A stretch of 59,556 nt of DNA, counting the filler, from Sphacelaria rigidula (taxonomy: Eukaryota): NCBI GenBank assembly GCA_964200075.2. It is 7 parts of 7 records of this genome, joined end to end, with 100 filler letters (N's around TTAATTAATTAA, not from the genome) between each part and the next. Parts side by side here need not be neighbours in the genome. Positions count along the whole stretch, not along the records: positions 34,092 to 42,513 come from CAXNAA020011194.1; positions 42,614 to 51,035 come from CAXNAA020011195.1; 5 more parts are not named here. One strand, written 5' to 3'. A model generated the notes under the pieces. That model ran no database searches. It was not told where the DNA came from and worked only from the letters and a program-made list of their open reading frames with translations. Positions 35,363 to 49,900 of the stretch are shown in pieces. Both the position numbers and the translations under genes were made by a program. Each line of letters begins with the position of its first letter. The first letter of the stretch is position 1.

Positions 35363-36942
35363 GAGGGAGAGATGGAGCGCTTCATCCTTGAAGGCGACTC
35401 TTGAAAAAGTCGTAGTATCGTGGTGTTGTAGCGGTTGTAGCAGGAGAAGTATTCTCCCGAGAGAGTTTGACTTCTCAACCCTTTGACCGCCAGGGTGGGT
35501 CATCTGATTCTTGAGCCCTTTGCGACGTGAAGTGGCTCGCTCCGGTGCTCGGAGGTTTAGCGCCCGCGACCGAAAGGCAGGTGAGACGAGTCCGGCCGAT
35601 TCGTCGAGGAAGGATGATGTAGATTGGCTGCTGGTCGGGTTATCGGGGAGCTCGACGAATGTTTCTCCCCGGGACCCCTCTCGAGAGCTTCCATCACAGC
35701 ATGGGGAAGAGGACGGATGAGGTGTTTTGTCGTGGGCCGAGTGTGTTTGTCCGAGGCCCAGTAGCGAAACAGTAGCTTTTGGGAGGCAGGAGGCGGGAGG
35801 TTGTGGAAAGCACTAGCTCACCCCTACGGTTTCAAGTGTGTTGCTCCTCCGTGTTCGCTAACGTTTGTCTTTCCCCTGCTAGATTCGCTGTCGTGCGTGG
35901 AGGCAAAAATTCTAGGGGGCGGACGAATCATCATCGCTTATTTTAACCACCAATTCTACGATTTCTGAGGCCTGATCGCTCGAAATAGGTGGAACAAGTT
36001 GACAGCTGTTGGACGAAGTCTCTGCGCGGCGTTTGCGCTTCATCACGTGCCTGGGGTGCGCGTACCAAGGACGTAACGATGAAAAACAGCAACGAAAGGA
36101 TACCTTGTCAAAAAGTATACTGCGTACATTATCGACTATTGCGTTCGTTGATGAAGACATGATACTCCAGATTCTTGTTTCGACCCACGGATTGATTCAT
36201 ACGGCGCGAACCAATCGTACTAGAAGCAAGTAATTCCCAGGTGAGCACTATCTGTTCGTCCGGCCCTTGAAAATCACGTAAACCTCCGGGTCGAAGTGGA
36301 AACATGCCCCAGCTCACCCCCGCACGCGCCTTCTGCAACAGCGAAGTCCCCCCACCCACCTCCCCCTCCCCCTTCCAGAAGCTCGATGCCATTGAGATGT
36401 TCTGCGAGGAAAAACAATTCGCTCGTGTGTATGTGTGTTGACCCCGTCCATTTAGTAGTACTTGTACCACCGTTGCTGCCCTGCGGCACTGTTCGTACTT
36501 TTTTGTAACGGATGTGCGTGTGTGTGGCAATAGTCTTCTCCGTTTTTGTCGCTCCACCACAGTTACTGCAAACTCTCCGCTAAAACAGGGAAGGGAGGGG
36601 GCAACCGCCGATTCGCCGTCGGGATCTGAAAAGGGTGAACTATCCTAAATTAAACCGAGCGCTCTCAGGTCGGACTGACCTTCGGGCCCGATACTGTTAC
36701 GGTATTACTATTATGGCAAGATCTGTCGGGCCGTCATTTTTGTAGGCTGACATGTGAAATCTATCTCTCTGCATCCGACACGCCTACTTACAAGCCCCGA
36801 AGACCGCCTGTCTTGAACAATGCCATTGTCCCCGGTCGGGTGGCTTGTCATGGTTGCCCCGGGTGGTGAAGAGAGACTGTCCGCCCAAGCAGCTCTACCC
36901 CCTTCAGGCCGTGACTCAACTCCCTTCCCTACCTCGCGCGTA

Positions 36943-37060
36943 ATGAGCACCGAAACGTTGGAAGTGTCTCCTAGGCGTGGGAACGGTGCTCCGTCTCGAA
37001 AGGAATGCGTGGTCAATGGTCAAACGGCTAAGGCAAGCAACAAATGAGTACGCCCCTCCC
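36943..37060 (-). mobile_element. Short member of the G-run-TACTCAT family (related pieces at ~3998-4070, 42458-42513, 45553-45630)
   Basis: GGTGCTCCGTCTCGAAAGGAATGCGTGGTCAATGGTCAAACGGCTAAGGCAAGCAACAAATGAGTAC is shared with 3998-4065 and, inverted, with 45561-45629. Confidence 0.7.
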
Positions 37061-40000
37061 TCGCACGGGGTCCCTTGAGAAGTTGGACAATCCCGATATG
37101 AATTCATAAAAACTATGTTTCCTTTTTTCTCCACAACGCTCGACGAATAACCGATCCTAGCATCGCTTGTGCACGGGCATCTCAAAACGGGGGACTTTTT
37201 GTACCTCCGCTCTTTTCCGGGCAGGGTGGCTGTCGGTATTCGTTTGTTGGATCGTGACTTTCCAGTTGCGCAGTGGATCAAGAAACGCACCACATGCTGC
37301 GATATGACCGCGGAAGTGTTTAGTCAGAAACATTGGCTACGCGAATATTTTCTCGTTTACACCAAAAGTAGGTAATGGCGCGAAGGGCACGATAGGTACT
37401 GTGTTCCCCGAGCGTAACTCCTACTACGTACTGTGCTGTGCTGTCCTACTGCTGTACCGTGAGTACAGGGTCCCACCTGTAGTGGTTGTCACCCTCCTGT
37501 ACGAATCCTACTATCGCCATTATCCATGCCATCAAGTGGGTATTCTCATTCTTCCTCGAAAATGGGGTACATTCTCCCCGTTCAGGCCTCCCCCAAGAGG
37601 AGTGTTTAACCATCCCTCGTCCCCTGGGTACCCTCCGGGTGTCTCCGGACTGCTAGTCTGTGAAACTGTGCCGAGGCGACGCTCGCTCTCGGAAGGCTAA
37701 GCGAAACCCACTAGATGACTCACGCACTGTACGAACTGGGTCAGCCTAAAAACGGATTTAAGCTCTGAAAGCGATATCTCAACGACACAGACGAGTTGGG
37801 CCGTTATCCGCATATCGTATTAGTCGTCTAATCAAGGGGAAGGTGCCCATCTGCTCAAAAATCTGGGCCAATTTTTTCTCGTCGAGTCAACCCCATGTAT
37901 AGTAATTCCTATACCTAGCGAAGATAGCGTCCACACTAAAATCTATACGAAACCCCGAACGATCGATCGAGTGGATGATGACGATTTTTGGTGTGGACCT
38001 TCCCTGGAGCACGGTGAGACGGTAGATACCCTCACCTTCACCTACTTCGTTATTTATCTCGAGAAATGGCGCACATAAGGTTCGATACTAAAATCGGTAT
38101 ATTACGAGCATAGGCACTAGGTGACCTAAATCTGTATATCGCGTCTCAGTTTTTGAGAGTTGTGCTATGAAATTTGGTATGGAGAACCGCTTGTGCATAA
38201 TGAAATAGAAAACACAGTTTTTCCGTTTTTTTTTTTGTCTTTTCCAGTCTTTTTTCGTGTTTTTAGGGGGGGTTTGAGGAGAAATCAATATTGCTCTTGG
38301 GCCCTATCTCAATTTTTTCAGCTCAATTTTTGGAATTGTGATTTGAAACTTGGCATGGAGAACGACAGAGGTGTGCCGAGTAAAAAAAAATGGGCCTTCA
38401 TTTCTTTTCCTTCATGAGAGGTTCGGGGATTCTCGTAAAAAGTCATCGTTACCATACTAAAACGCCGTCAATCAGTGAAATAAACAAATAAAACCCAACC
38501 TCACCTATTTTTCTTGGTTCATCACGACCCAGCAAGGTCCCGCCCAAAGTTTCAACCCACAAACACGAAACGAGGGCCGATAAACGGCCTGCAAAATACT
38601 GTTCCGAATTTCGGCCGCCTCGGTTTCTCAAGGGTAAATCCGCAATTTTTTTCTTGGAGTTGGAACGTGAAATTTGGTATGGACATGTAATATGGCATAA
38701 AGAAAAGCTGTCTATGAGGTCCCGCCGATTTTTTTTTCGTGAATACAAAGCAAAAATCAGTTTTGAGGTGTTCGTAGAATGCCCTTAACTGACGAAAAAA
38801 AAAAAACGTTGGGATCTCACAGACAGCTTTCCTTCATGCCCTGTTGATTGTCCATACCAATTTTCACTTTCCAACTCCGAGAAAAAAATTGCGAATTCGC
38901 CTGCAAAGTACAGATCCGCTTGTACGCTGGCCCAGCCTGAACAGTATCCCTCTTTGCAGTGGGAATATACAACAGTCATTCCCCTGGGTCCATTTCGCCA
39001 AATGCCAGCGGTTGTGATGTGATTCTGCAATGCCCGGTAGGGGCCCTGACTTCCTTTCAGAACAATATCATTGGCCGACCTTGAACGCGTGTAATACTTG
39101 GCGGTACTGTATGGCTGAGTATTCCCGCCCGTTCTGCCACCACTTCACCTCATGACCATATGCCGCGCATTCCTAGATGCTACGACTTATCCTATACCAT
39201 GCATGCTTTTACTGGGGAAATACCTACTTCATGTGTTATCCATCCCCCCTTCCCCCACCCCCCTCCTGTGCTTCACACGTGAGGTTCAACTGCGAGGGGA
39301 CCTGAATAGGGGCAATGCGCGGTTACTCCTCCGTGCGGTGATAATATATCATCCGTGAATCGGCATAACTTTCACCTGAAAAAAAAATCTGCGTGGCCCA
39401 AATGACCTACCCCGGGGGTCGAATGATTGAAACGGCCACCCTTATTCCGTTACGGCATGGTCATTTGCCGAATCGGCATCATCTTCACTTGGGAAATGAT
39501 TGACCCGTGAGCCTCGAATGACCTCACTCGAGCCCAGGCGGTGAAACGGTATTAACCTTCACGCCTTCTGCGTCCAAGTTTTTTTTTTTTCATCGTCTTG
39601 ACTACGCAGCTTGCTGATATTGCTGCGGGAAGGTTCAAGTGAGTCGGGACCACGATAGAGTATATAAATAGAAAATAGGAAGAGAAGGTGTGCAGGAGAG
39701 CGGCAAAATATGATGAAATCATATGTGGTTGGGTTGTTGGGTTTGGACTATTGTTCCTTTGGGAAGGCGAAAACACTATATATTACCTCTTATAATAGCA
39801 TAATCGGTGAGAGCCTAGATACAATGGACTGAATACCGCGGTTTTGACTGTTGTTTATTGGGATGTTTCTCATTCGTTTCTCTCATTAGGCCGCTTCTTG
39901 TAGACTGAAAACAGTCGTTTTGTTCAGTTTCCCGATCCTCTTTTAGAGCGCGACCTCAGAGGGCCCTTTTTCATGAAAACAGTATCGGGACACTGACTGT

Positions 40001-41877
40001 CACGTGAGTTTGTTGTATGCGGTATGGCACAAACCCGTACTGCTTCACACTGCACCGCTTGCGACACTCCTACTGCACCAAGCGGCGGTCGGCTGAAATA
40101 AGGGTTGATACGCCTGTCATTTCGACCCGTAGTAAACCAGTAGCTAATGTGTGCGTGTGTTTTGTGTGTTGTGTACTGTGTGTTGCCATACCATATACCC
40201 TGTACGCGGGCGAGATTACGTGTAGTTTACCCCACGGGGCACAAGCACAACGTGCAAATGACAAATTATGATCACTTCCACCATCTGCACCCAGGCTAGA
40301 TGATGACCTTGGTCGTACAAACCCCCTGGATTTTTCCATACGACCAAAACTATCTGAAAACTGACATTTCTAAAAAAAAAGTCACGGAGAAGAGTCGTTC
40401 GCCCGAACTTTTTTCAGTGACTTTTTCCCGTCTGTGAGATGCGGCCTTGTGGGTTTGGTTGTTTTCGTTTATTTTGGACAACAAGAGAACAATAGAGTAT
40501 TTGTTTTGTAATAAAAATAAAGGATAAAAATAATTATATTAATTAATTAACTAGTTGATCGTTGGACGGATGGATGCTTGGTTGGTCGGATGGATTTTAT
40601 TTTTTGGACAAGGGAAGTCCGATATCCAATATGAAGAGTTTGACAGGAATCTCTGTTGCCTGTGTGGTACGGACTGTCGAGAGCACACGTATTCAAGACT
40701 CGGTACATCAAATCGTGCATTAGCATACACGGACTAGGATCTTTTGATTGGCCATCGAACGGTTAAAATGGGTTCGTTGTCCTGAAGACCGTTTTTAACC
40801 CCCTGACTGAGAAAGAGGCGGTAATCTGTTCTGGTCTAGTCGGCCGTCACTTCGACGTAAAAAAATGAAATGAGCATGGGACCCGGATGACCCCACGCGT
40901 GGCGGCCGAAGGGTTCAACTTTTTTAAGCACGAAGATGTGAGGATATTCCGACTTGACCACCGTAGAATTCAGTACATTGTGCGAAGGTTAACGGCATCC
41001 GAGGGGTTGTATACAAGAACCAGGTCATGCCGTAAAAGGTTCGCATTGGCCAAAGTACCGTACTAACCTCATTTAGGTACCCACCCCGTCGATTTGTGGA
41101 AAAAAAACGCTTCTACTAGCTTTCGTGTAGGCAAGGCGTTGAAGGGGGGGGGGGGGGGGGACCATGTTTTTGGGGAGGGGGGACATGGGTAGCGACGGTC
41201 AGGTTTTTGTNNNNNNNNNNCCTTCGCATCCCCCCGGCGTTTCAGTGAAAAAAACCACTCGGGTTTCTTGCCTGGTGGGAGGGAAGGGGGGGGGGGGGGG
41301 GGGGGGGGGGGGTACATGTATTTTGAGAAGGGGTACCTTGCAGATGCCATGTATAGTTCATATTTTTACCCCATCGACGGACCCTACCGGCTTTACCTCG
41401 TATTTCCACTCCTTGATCCCAGGAATAGTCCACTTTGACGGGCTATCTCTGGGTATCGCCCGGGGGGTTGTCGAAGGTCGACGTTTAGACGGCGAGAGTT
41501 GGGTCATCTGTTGAATCGGCATCAATTTCACATGAAAAAAGTATGCGTTGTCCAAACGGATTATCCTCGCAATCCAAGCCTTGAAAGAAAGGCAACCGTT
41601 TGACCGCGAGGGTGGATGGACTTCCGCGTCGCGGTCTGAGGGTTAAACTGGAAAAACAATGAAAGAGAAGGTGACACGGATGATGCAGGGTGCAAAAGCC
41701 GGGTTCCGTGCCGTAACAGGATGAGGGTCAAGTAAGAGAGGAGAATTTGTAGTGAGGAACAAACCACAGTGTCGTGAGGGAATGGGGTTGGTGAAGTCTC
41801 AGTAGTGTCTGTGTGACTTTCAATACAATCCGTAGATACGTGTATGGTAAGACACCCCCGCTCCCTTCCCCCTTGCC

Positions 41878-42440
41878 TGGTCCAGCGAGAACCCGGTGTG
41901 CTCCGTCCCGGCTCTGTAGTGGCGGACCCCCGATGGGGTTGGCGTCGGTTGGCGACGACGCTGTGAAACACGCCACTCACTGCTTAAGCTTAGGCAGCCA
42001 GGTCACCGTTTTTTTTTGTGTGCTCAAGTTGTTTTTGCGGTAACCATGATGCTAGTCGAGCTAATTCATGTTGTGCGGCGTCGGAGAACTTCAACTTTTC
42101 ACAATGGGGATGATCGTACTACGCAGTGTTTCAATGGTGAGGCACCTATGAGGTAGTACATGAGCCATGCTGTCTGTGGAAGCGGCGATACCAGAAAATG
42201 AAGCAACTCACTGTAGACTGTCATCCAAATGCAAGATAATCAGTAGGCTTCGGGCCGAACGATCTTGGCAGGATGCAGTTCACCCGTCATGCGACTCGCC
42301 GAACACACCACGGCGCTTTGCGCTTGTTGACTGATATCGAGCCTGGTCCGGCGAAAACCCGACGTGTTCCGTCCCGTCTTGGTGGGGATGCGAAGCCTTT
42401 GGTAATATGACTATGGCATGAAAGATCATGAGTACCCCTC
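41878..42440 (-). mobile_element. Second copy of the 6448-7012 repeat
   Basis: Reverse-complement alignment along the full length. Ends in ATGAGTACCCC followed by poly-C. Confidence 0.75.
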
Positions 42441-42689
42441 CCCCCCCCCCTCAAAAGAATGAGCACTGAAACGTTGTTGGAGGTGTCTCTATTAGGAACA
42501 GGGACCGTGCTCCNNNNNNNNNNNNNNNNNNNNNNNNNNNNNNNNNNNNNNNNNNNNTTAATTAATTAANNNNNNNNNNNNNNNNNNNNNNNNNNNNNNN
42601 NNNNNNNNNNNNNGTCGTGTGCTTGTGATTATGACTGCAGGCGTTGAACCATTAACACTCAATGCCTTGGGAGAGGGGGGAGTTGGGGG

Positions 42690-42950
42690 GGGGGGAGTAG
42701 AAAGAAGAAAGCAGGACTGGAAGAAAGAATAAAGAGAGAAAAATAAAAGAGGAACTGAGAAGAGAAGGAACCCAGGCAGAAATGGAGAAGGATCTAGCTC
42801 TGCAGGAGATGGACACAAACATTACTGTGGCTCAGACACTCGGGGGGGGGGAGTAGAAAGAAGAAAAGAGGACTGGAAAAAAGAATAAAGAGAGAAAAAT
42901 AAAATTGAAACTGAGGAGAAAAGGAACCCAGGCAGAAATGGAGAAGGAAC
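42690..42950 (+). repeat. Purine-rich direct repeat (two ~100-bp copies)
   Basis: GGGAGTAGAAAGAAGAAA..GGAACCCAGGCAGAAATGGAGAAGGA at ~42693 and ~42849. Confidence 0.8.
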
Positions 42951-43946
42951 TCAGAGACGAAGTAGAATATGATCAGGACATAGGGACAGGGGGCATCGAA
43001 AACCCGTACCTCGTTACAAAATGATCGCGTGAGCAACCAACACTTCTGGAGCGTGCGTATCGTACGAATATCTGTCGATCCGGAAATTTGAGATCAGAGG
43101 TAGACTGATGAATACGGATTGTGATCTGTGTGCTCTGTGAGCATCTTGTTTTTCACGCACGGTGCACACCCTGCTGGCGTCTGCACCACGGTCGAATCCC
43201 TTTGCGGCCGAGAAGTGCTTCCCCTAACAATACATCAGCCTTTGTGGCAAATATTTGGGGTCTCTACGACAGGAGTGTTTGATGTACTTATGAAGCGAAG
43301 CGGAAGCGCTGGGATATGACATACGAACTACGCATTTTGCTAGTTCAACGGTTCAAGGTAGGGCGAAAAAGACGAAAAAGCGGTGTGTGCACCTCCAGCG
43401 CCTTAGGCTGGGTCCAGTTGTCGCACCTCTATCAAGCCAAGTAATACGATAGCACTCGGGGAGCCCTGCTACTATGCATCGTTTAGCGCTGCGTTCGTCG
43501 ACATATGTCAGGAAACGGTCGCATGGCAGCTCCGATGGGCATATGCGCTAAAAGCGATCGTGGTGTGGAAAACGATGAGTACGCATGTAAGAGGGGTACA
43601 ACCATGCTGCCGCTGGTCGAAAACCTGACCGTAACTCTTTGCCAGCGAAGGTGGTCCATTTTTCGCATCGCCAATGTTCATTTGATGAGTGACTTGCCAA
43701 CCATGCTGGTCTATCTATTCGCGGTCCAAGGGCCAATCCTGCACTACTATTATACTCAAACCCTCGGCGTTTTTTCTTTTGGTGACCAGAATGACGAGCC
43801 TTTTTGTCATCTGCGGCTACCAATCATACCCGCTGATGCAGTGCTATACTTTAACCCTATCTACAATACCACTCACTAATTACGTCAAAATTGGTGCTAC
43901 CATGTCGCCATATTCTACAACGGGAGAAAAACAAAATCTGATAATG

Positions 43947-46900
43947 CTATCGGTCAGCGGAATCTGACGTAGATGGGGTTCCCAACGGTCCACTCTCTGC
44001 TGGTCGTGCTTGTGCAACGCGATCCTTGCCTAGAGCGGATGCTTCAGCAACTGAGGGGTGTTGCAACGACGAGGGCATCGCCACCTTATCGCGCAGGAAA
44101 GAGAGCGGCGCAGAGCGCATCAGGGCGGGCGGGAATGCGGAGGTTAGGGATAAGCTTCAACACACGCACTTCGAGTGTGGACAATGGTGTCCTATTGCGT
44201 TGCGTGTATCGTGCGGTCTAGGGACTCTCCTTGTGTATCTCACCGCCCAGCCTCTTCTGTATGGTATCAAGTATACTATTCTGTAGTGCTACTCGTGAGA
44301 ACCTGCCAGGTATTGAACTGACTGGAAACCACGAGGGAAGATACTCTTTGGTGTGACGTTCTTCTGCAGCATGTGTATCATAGCTTGCAATCTACTCTCC
44401 ACTCTCCACCTGGTCGTAATATCCCACCCAACATCCGCAAAAAGCCAACGTGAGCTTGATCTCCCAGGAATCATTAGTCTTCCATGGGAACCCTAGGCAA
44501 TACCGCACACATACCTCTGAGTCTTGTTGAGTGATCGGTGGAAGGTTTGATCGCTGCGATAACCGTTCGTGCTCTCCAGCTTCGCCATCCGCCGCATTCT
44601 CATGCGCAACCGTCACCAACTCCTGCTGCGCTGAAAGCGCCTTGCGGGCACTCGTAGCTGCCGCCGCTATCGGACAATCCGTTTCCGCAGCCGTTGGCGC
44701 TTGGGACGCCGGGGAAGCTGTCACATAATCCCTAGCCCGCGCCGACGAACCACGTTTTCGTCTAGACGAATCACCGTCGCTGGACGAAAGATTCGACGTT
44801 CGCCTCTCCCCAGGTCTCGTGGCTTCGAACGGGACAACCTTGTCGTCGCTATCTGACCCACTGCTGGAATAGCCGTTACTCCGATCTTCTGCGGCCTTCA
44901 ACGCCAACCTAGCGGCGTTGGCCGACGCAACTATATCCTGACGATTCGAATGTGGCCTCACCGACGCCGCCGATTCTCGTCGGAGATATGACGTCAGCGC
45001 AGATGTAGAACTCACCACGGGCGAATGTGGTGCGTGACCAACGGAATTTTGTTCTTTATCGGAGTGGTCGCCGTAGAGAGCTCGCCTTGCTTCAACTTTT
45101 TTATTCTCCGCAGCGATTTCCTCGCTGGAACAACCAAAACCAATGCAAGCGCCGCCCCCGCCCCCCGAAGCGTTAGTTGTTGGTCATGGCCGCCGGCAGA
45201 TCACCGAGACGTCGTGTAGGGGGGTAATCGGTGGTGCAATAATTAGTGCATTCACACGAAGGACACGAAAGCGGAGTCAAAATGGCTGAGGTGCCTTGAA
45301 ACGCTACATGCCGTGCATCATAGATCCACAGCAGCAACATGTTCTGCGTCCAGCATGCAGCGAACTCATGCGTAAGGCGGCGTCGTCGTTCGGCATGCAC
45401 CGCGCTTGTGAATTGTACCCTGACCACGACCTACTGCTTTTCCAAATATCCACCGACTCTAGCACTTTCCCATGCTAACGAAGGGGAAGTATATACGAGT
45501 ATTCCAAAATTACCCAACTACAAAAGTTGCCCACCTGAGATGTGTATGGTAGAGGGGGGGGGGTACTCATTTGTTGCTTGCCTTAGTCATTTGACCATTG
45601 ACTACGCATCCCTTTCGAGAGGGAGCACCTATAGGGAGGTGAACCAGTCCCAATCGTTCTCGTGAACAACTGTAGAGGACAGTTCCATTGGTTATTCACC
45701 TATTCATTGCGCTCAACCCGAAAAACTGTATTTTTCGGTTTAACACGATAAATAACGCCCGCTGTCAATTTTCGTAGTTGTGCAACTTTTTTTTTCAACT
45801 TTCTCGCTTTTATTATTTATTAGCACTTGGAAGTGCTGGAACCGTCAGGTATTGAGTCGTCATGACTAGTTGCAAGCGAAAAGCTAAGAAAATTGCCAAC
45901 GATGAGAATTCCGCACATTCACCCAAGACAGATGTTTACTACTACTGTGCTGTGGTGTTTGTATTTCGGGTGTCCAGCTCGCTGCGAGTATCACGCGCTT
46001 ATGTAATGGCTCTCGTCTGACTACAAGCAGTTACGGCATGGGGACACTGGATTGCGATGACCTCATCCCCAAGCAAAACGTCATGACATACCTTGCTACT
46101 GCGAACACCGCCTCCTCCAGAGCTGTGCGCAAATCCTTGGCTAAGAAAGGATGATAGTGAATGATATATCGGAGGTCCGAGTTTGACAACAGATACACCT
46201 GGCGAGGTTCACAGTCCGTCGACGAGGGCTGCGTCAACTCGATGGAATGCATTCGGATTTGTATCGCCATCAAATAGTCACCATGGGGCGGTGATACACA
46301 TATCTTCTTCAGGATTTGATACACCGAACAGCATAACGATGACAAATTCAGGCTACGCTTGTGAATCGGTGTCATGAACATATCTCGTGAACATCCGTGG
46401 AGCACGACCGCACATTCTGGTTTCGAGTCTTTGGTGAACCGACTAGCACAAGTAAGTAAGTCACAACCGTGGGTGAGCAAGGACGCTCATCGACGACAGC
46501 ATGCGCGGGGTATAAATCCCAGGCAAAATAAAATCGAAGCGCGAGTTCAACTCCTCAGGTTTTCGAGAAATGAAGAGGGGTGTTCACACAGTGTTTCTCG
46601 TCTGCCGTCCATGGACCACTGTTGCGTATTTATTCACTCGAGCCTGTGCACAAATGTCGCCAGAAATTTCTGACTGCTGCCGCGCTCTGGAGTTTGACAC
46701 GCAGCTAGGGAGAAACTGCTCGCTACTGCTGTGCGTCAACCGCCATTCAAAGAGAGCACATCTCTGGGTGTGTTGCCGTGCCTCGAGACACGGTAGATAT
46801 TATGGTACAGTAGTGTTAATTAGTATGATACACACACGATTTCCGCGGTGTGATCGGCTTCGTTCGATGAATGTGTTTCATAAAATGCCGTCAGACACAG

Positions 46901-49900
46901 TAAATCAGCCAACCTATTCATCAACCTACTGTCAATCCTATTAGGCAACAAAGGATCTCTTACACCAGACGAAAAACAAAGACTGGATTATACTCACTTG
47001 CAACTGAGAGAACGCCCGGATGGCGAAATCATCATCCAAAAACGCAGCCAAATACCTGCGGTCAGAACATCAACATCAACATCAACATTAACAGTACAGC
47101 GGGGACTTTGGTTGTCGTTGTTATCGCGTGTGCAGGAGGCGCTTGTTCTGGTGCCTACACGCTTCGCTCTTTGAACTGTGTGGTAGGTAGAGTGCAAAGT
47201 TGTAGAGGTCGAGATGCCGAATACATTGCCTTACGCGTACGAACTGTTGTCGGTGAATCTTTTTGAGCAAGATGGACTTTGCAACATCTGCGTACGTTCA
47301 ATCTCATATATATATATATATATATATATTCACAAGATACTGCACATTAGCATATCATCAGACGGTTCCTAGCAGAACAGGATGTTTATACACCGTTTTA
47401 CAAAACCTTGGTACGGCATCATTCCGCCACTATCGGACACTTTCTACGTTAGCGAAAACGAACCCAAGCGTGGGCATTCCCAGCTGCTCGTTGTGCTCAG
47501 CTCTTTCCATTTCGATTTCCGTGAAGATTTTTCCTCCCCAAACCAGCCACTTGTTTAGGGGGGGGTTATTGTAGAAAGTGTCATTGAAGCAACACATACA
47601 AGGGGTTGTCATACCGTCACACTATCACACTGTCACACTGCTACACCGTCACACCTGGTGTATCCGAAAAGTTCCCCCGACGACACAATCCCCTTGACAG
47701 TCTCTCCACCCTCTTCCTGCCCCGTTGGCGCCAATTTCACGTAGGCCTCGGCGATGCCCCTCGTAACAAAATACACCCCCTGGCTCATCTGCAAACGCTT
47801 GTACACCACCTCCCCCTGGATTCGGAGTGAGATTCAAGTGACGCGCGTGACCAGAGTTTGGGAAAGGACGAAGTGTGGCGAGGCATGCAGAGAAACAACA
47901 CAACCGCAGATACTGCAATCCACGTTGATCCACGTGGACTGTTGACTGCTGATTGTTGATTGTTGACTGTAGCGTAAGAAAGATCCCGTAGAAGAGAAGC
48001 TTCATGCTTTGCGATACTTTCTGCATAAACTATCTCTGGTCAGTGCGCTTTGTCACAGCGGGTCAGCCTACGTCGCAAACCAGGGCGCTGATTTTGTATC
48101 GGTAGCTTCTGGTCCAATACTTTCAAGCTTCTGCACCCGTGAATGTTTAGTCCAATGCCCGGAAAGGGCTGTCTTGAAATCGAAACGACTTGGGGACTGG
48201 GGTGAGCCTAAGCCTTGCCTGATATTAAGCGCGGAAAATTATGGAGGGGCGGCTTTGTAGTGTGCGCTGCGTGTTAGCAGCTCAGAACAACCTGTTTTTC
48301 TGTAGAGGTTTTCGCGTTTTCCCGCTCAATGCAGTAGCAGAGCAACTGGATCATCCACCCTACATGATAGTAATTTACGCAAGCATTGGTTTCATCCAGA
48401 ATTTCCTGATGCTGCGAACCAGCCGCCAGACGAGGAACATGTGAAACGCTGGGACTGAGTCCCTAGTGTTGTAGTCGTTAGCCACTGCCTCTGTGTCTGC
48501 GTTTCTCTGTTCCGGACTGTATCATATGCGGGTAAAGAAGTACCTGCATATAGAGCTGTGGCCGGAGATGCCGCAGTAATGCAGTGACAAACCCCGGAGA
48601 TCTGCCGGTGAGTATTGGGATGATTTGTATCGCGTCCCGATGCACGTGCGCCAGAATCTTCTGTCGAATATTGGGAGGAAGTCGCGACAAGATATGCCCT
48701 TCATTCCAAGCACTTTTCGCTCCCATTATAAACTCCATATGCCCAACCACGCTCTGCACTCGTCAGAAGGCGGAGCACAAGCAGACAGGAGGCACGAAGG
48801 GGAAACTATCCTTATTCTGTGGTCTAGCCATAGCGCGAACGACCCCGGATTGCAGGGAGGACCAGTCATTTTACTCCACAGAACAATCCTTAATGCGCAT
48901 TTTTCTTCATCCGACGTGTGCAACGAATGCGTGGAAATAATAACAACAACAACAACAACAACAACAACAGTGACGATGACTTGGCCAGAGATGGCCCAAT
49001 GGGAGGGAGAACGGGGTGTTGCCGAAGCTATCTATCGGGCTTGTGCTTACAGTCAAGGAATATACAATTCGCATGTTGGCATCGCCCAATTGCCAACCGT
49101 GCTTCCGGGGACGGGCAGAAAAATGATGTGACAATAGATGCTATTCGATGACAACCGTACAGATCCATGCTACGGCGACCTATATACGAGCTAGTAGTCG
49201 GTTGCCGAGAAGCGCCTTCAGTTGATGCTAATCATTTGTGCGCCAGATGCACACACTTTTTCGACGCCCAACACGAACAATGGGCAAGTATACCACAACA
49301 ATCTTTTGGTGGACGGTCCAACCCAATCTCGAAGTGGTGGTACCGACACCCCAAACGCTGTTGCTGTACTATCTCTGGCCACGTAAGTTGCTGTGACAAT
49401 TTGTTGTTGGCGTGGCGTAAGGCCCTTTCCGGCGAGAGCCGTACAAAGTTGGGGGACTTTTTGAACCGTCACGCAGGGAGCAGCAGCAGTGGGATAAATA
49501 TAAATACCCGAGCATTGCCTCGTCCGCTCTAAACACCAACGGTATCCATTTTCTCCATCCATATCAATGCAAATCATCATCTTTGTGCTCGTGACGAGCT
49601 GAATGGTGTCGACACATGGCGAAAAATGCGGGAAAATTGAGAAATCAGAAGCGTTTGGCATGGGGAAGTTGAAATTAGCCATTGCTTTCGACTTTGAAGA
49701 AGAAATACAAGTAGCTAAATAGACTATGGGGGAAACGTAGGAAGCTCGGTGCTATTGTTCAGCACGATCCGTAGATGATGTTGTTACCGCCTTTGTAATG
49801 ATGAATGGTAGGGGCATTAGATAGCAACAGCATGATGCTCCAGTGCTCTGTACCGAAATCTGATATGTAGAGGACACCGTATCGAGATCGGCCAGCTGAA

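Noticed and set aside
34092..35503. Poly-Pro/poly-Gly ORFs (also 20940-21130 and 41069-41514)
   Set aside because: They are translations of G/C homopolymer runs next to 10-N gaps, which is low-confidence short-read sequence.
35370..36050. Open frames on the minus strand (possible disordered-protein exon)
   Set aside because: No recognisable domain, and I could not build a phase-consistent splice model.
40539..40550. TTAATTAATTAA as another linker
   Set aside because: No N flanks and it lies in natural AT-rich sequence.
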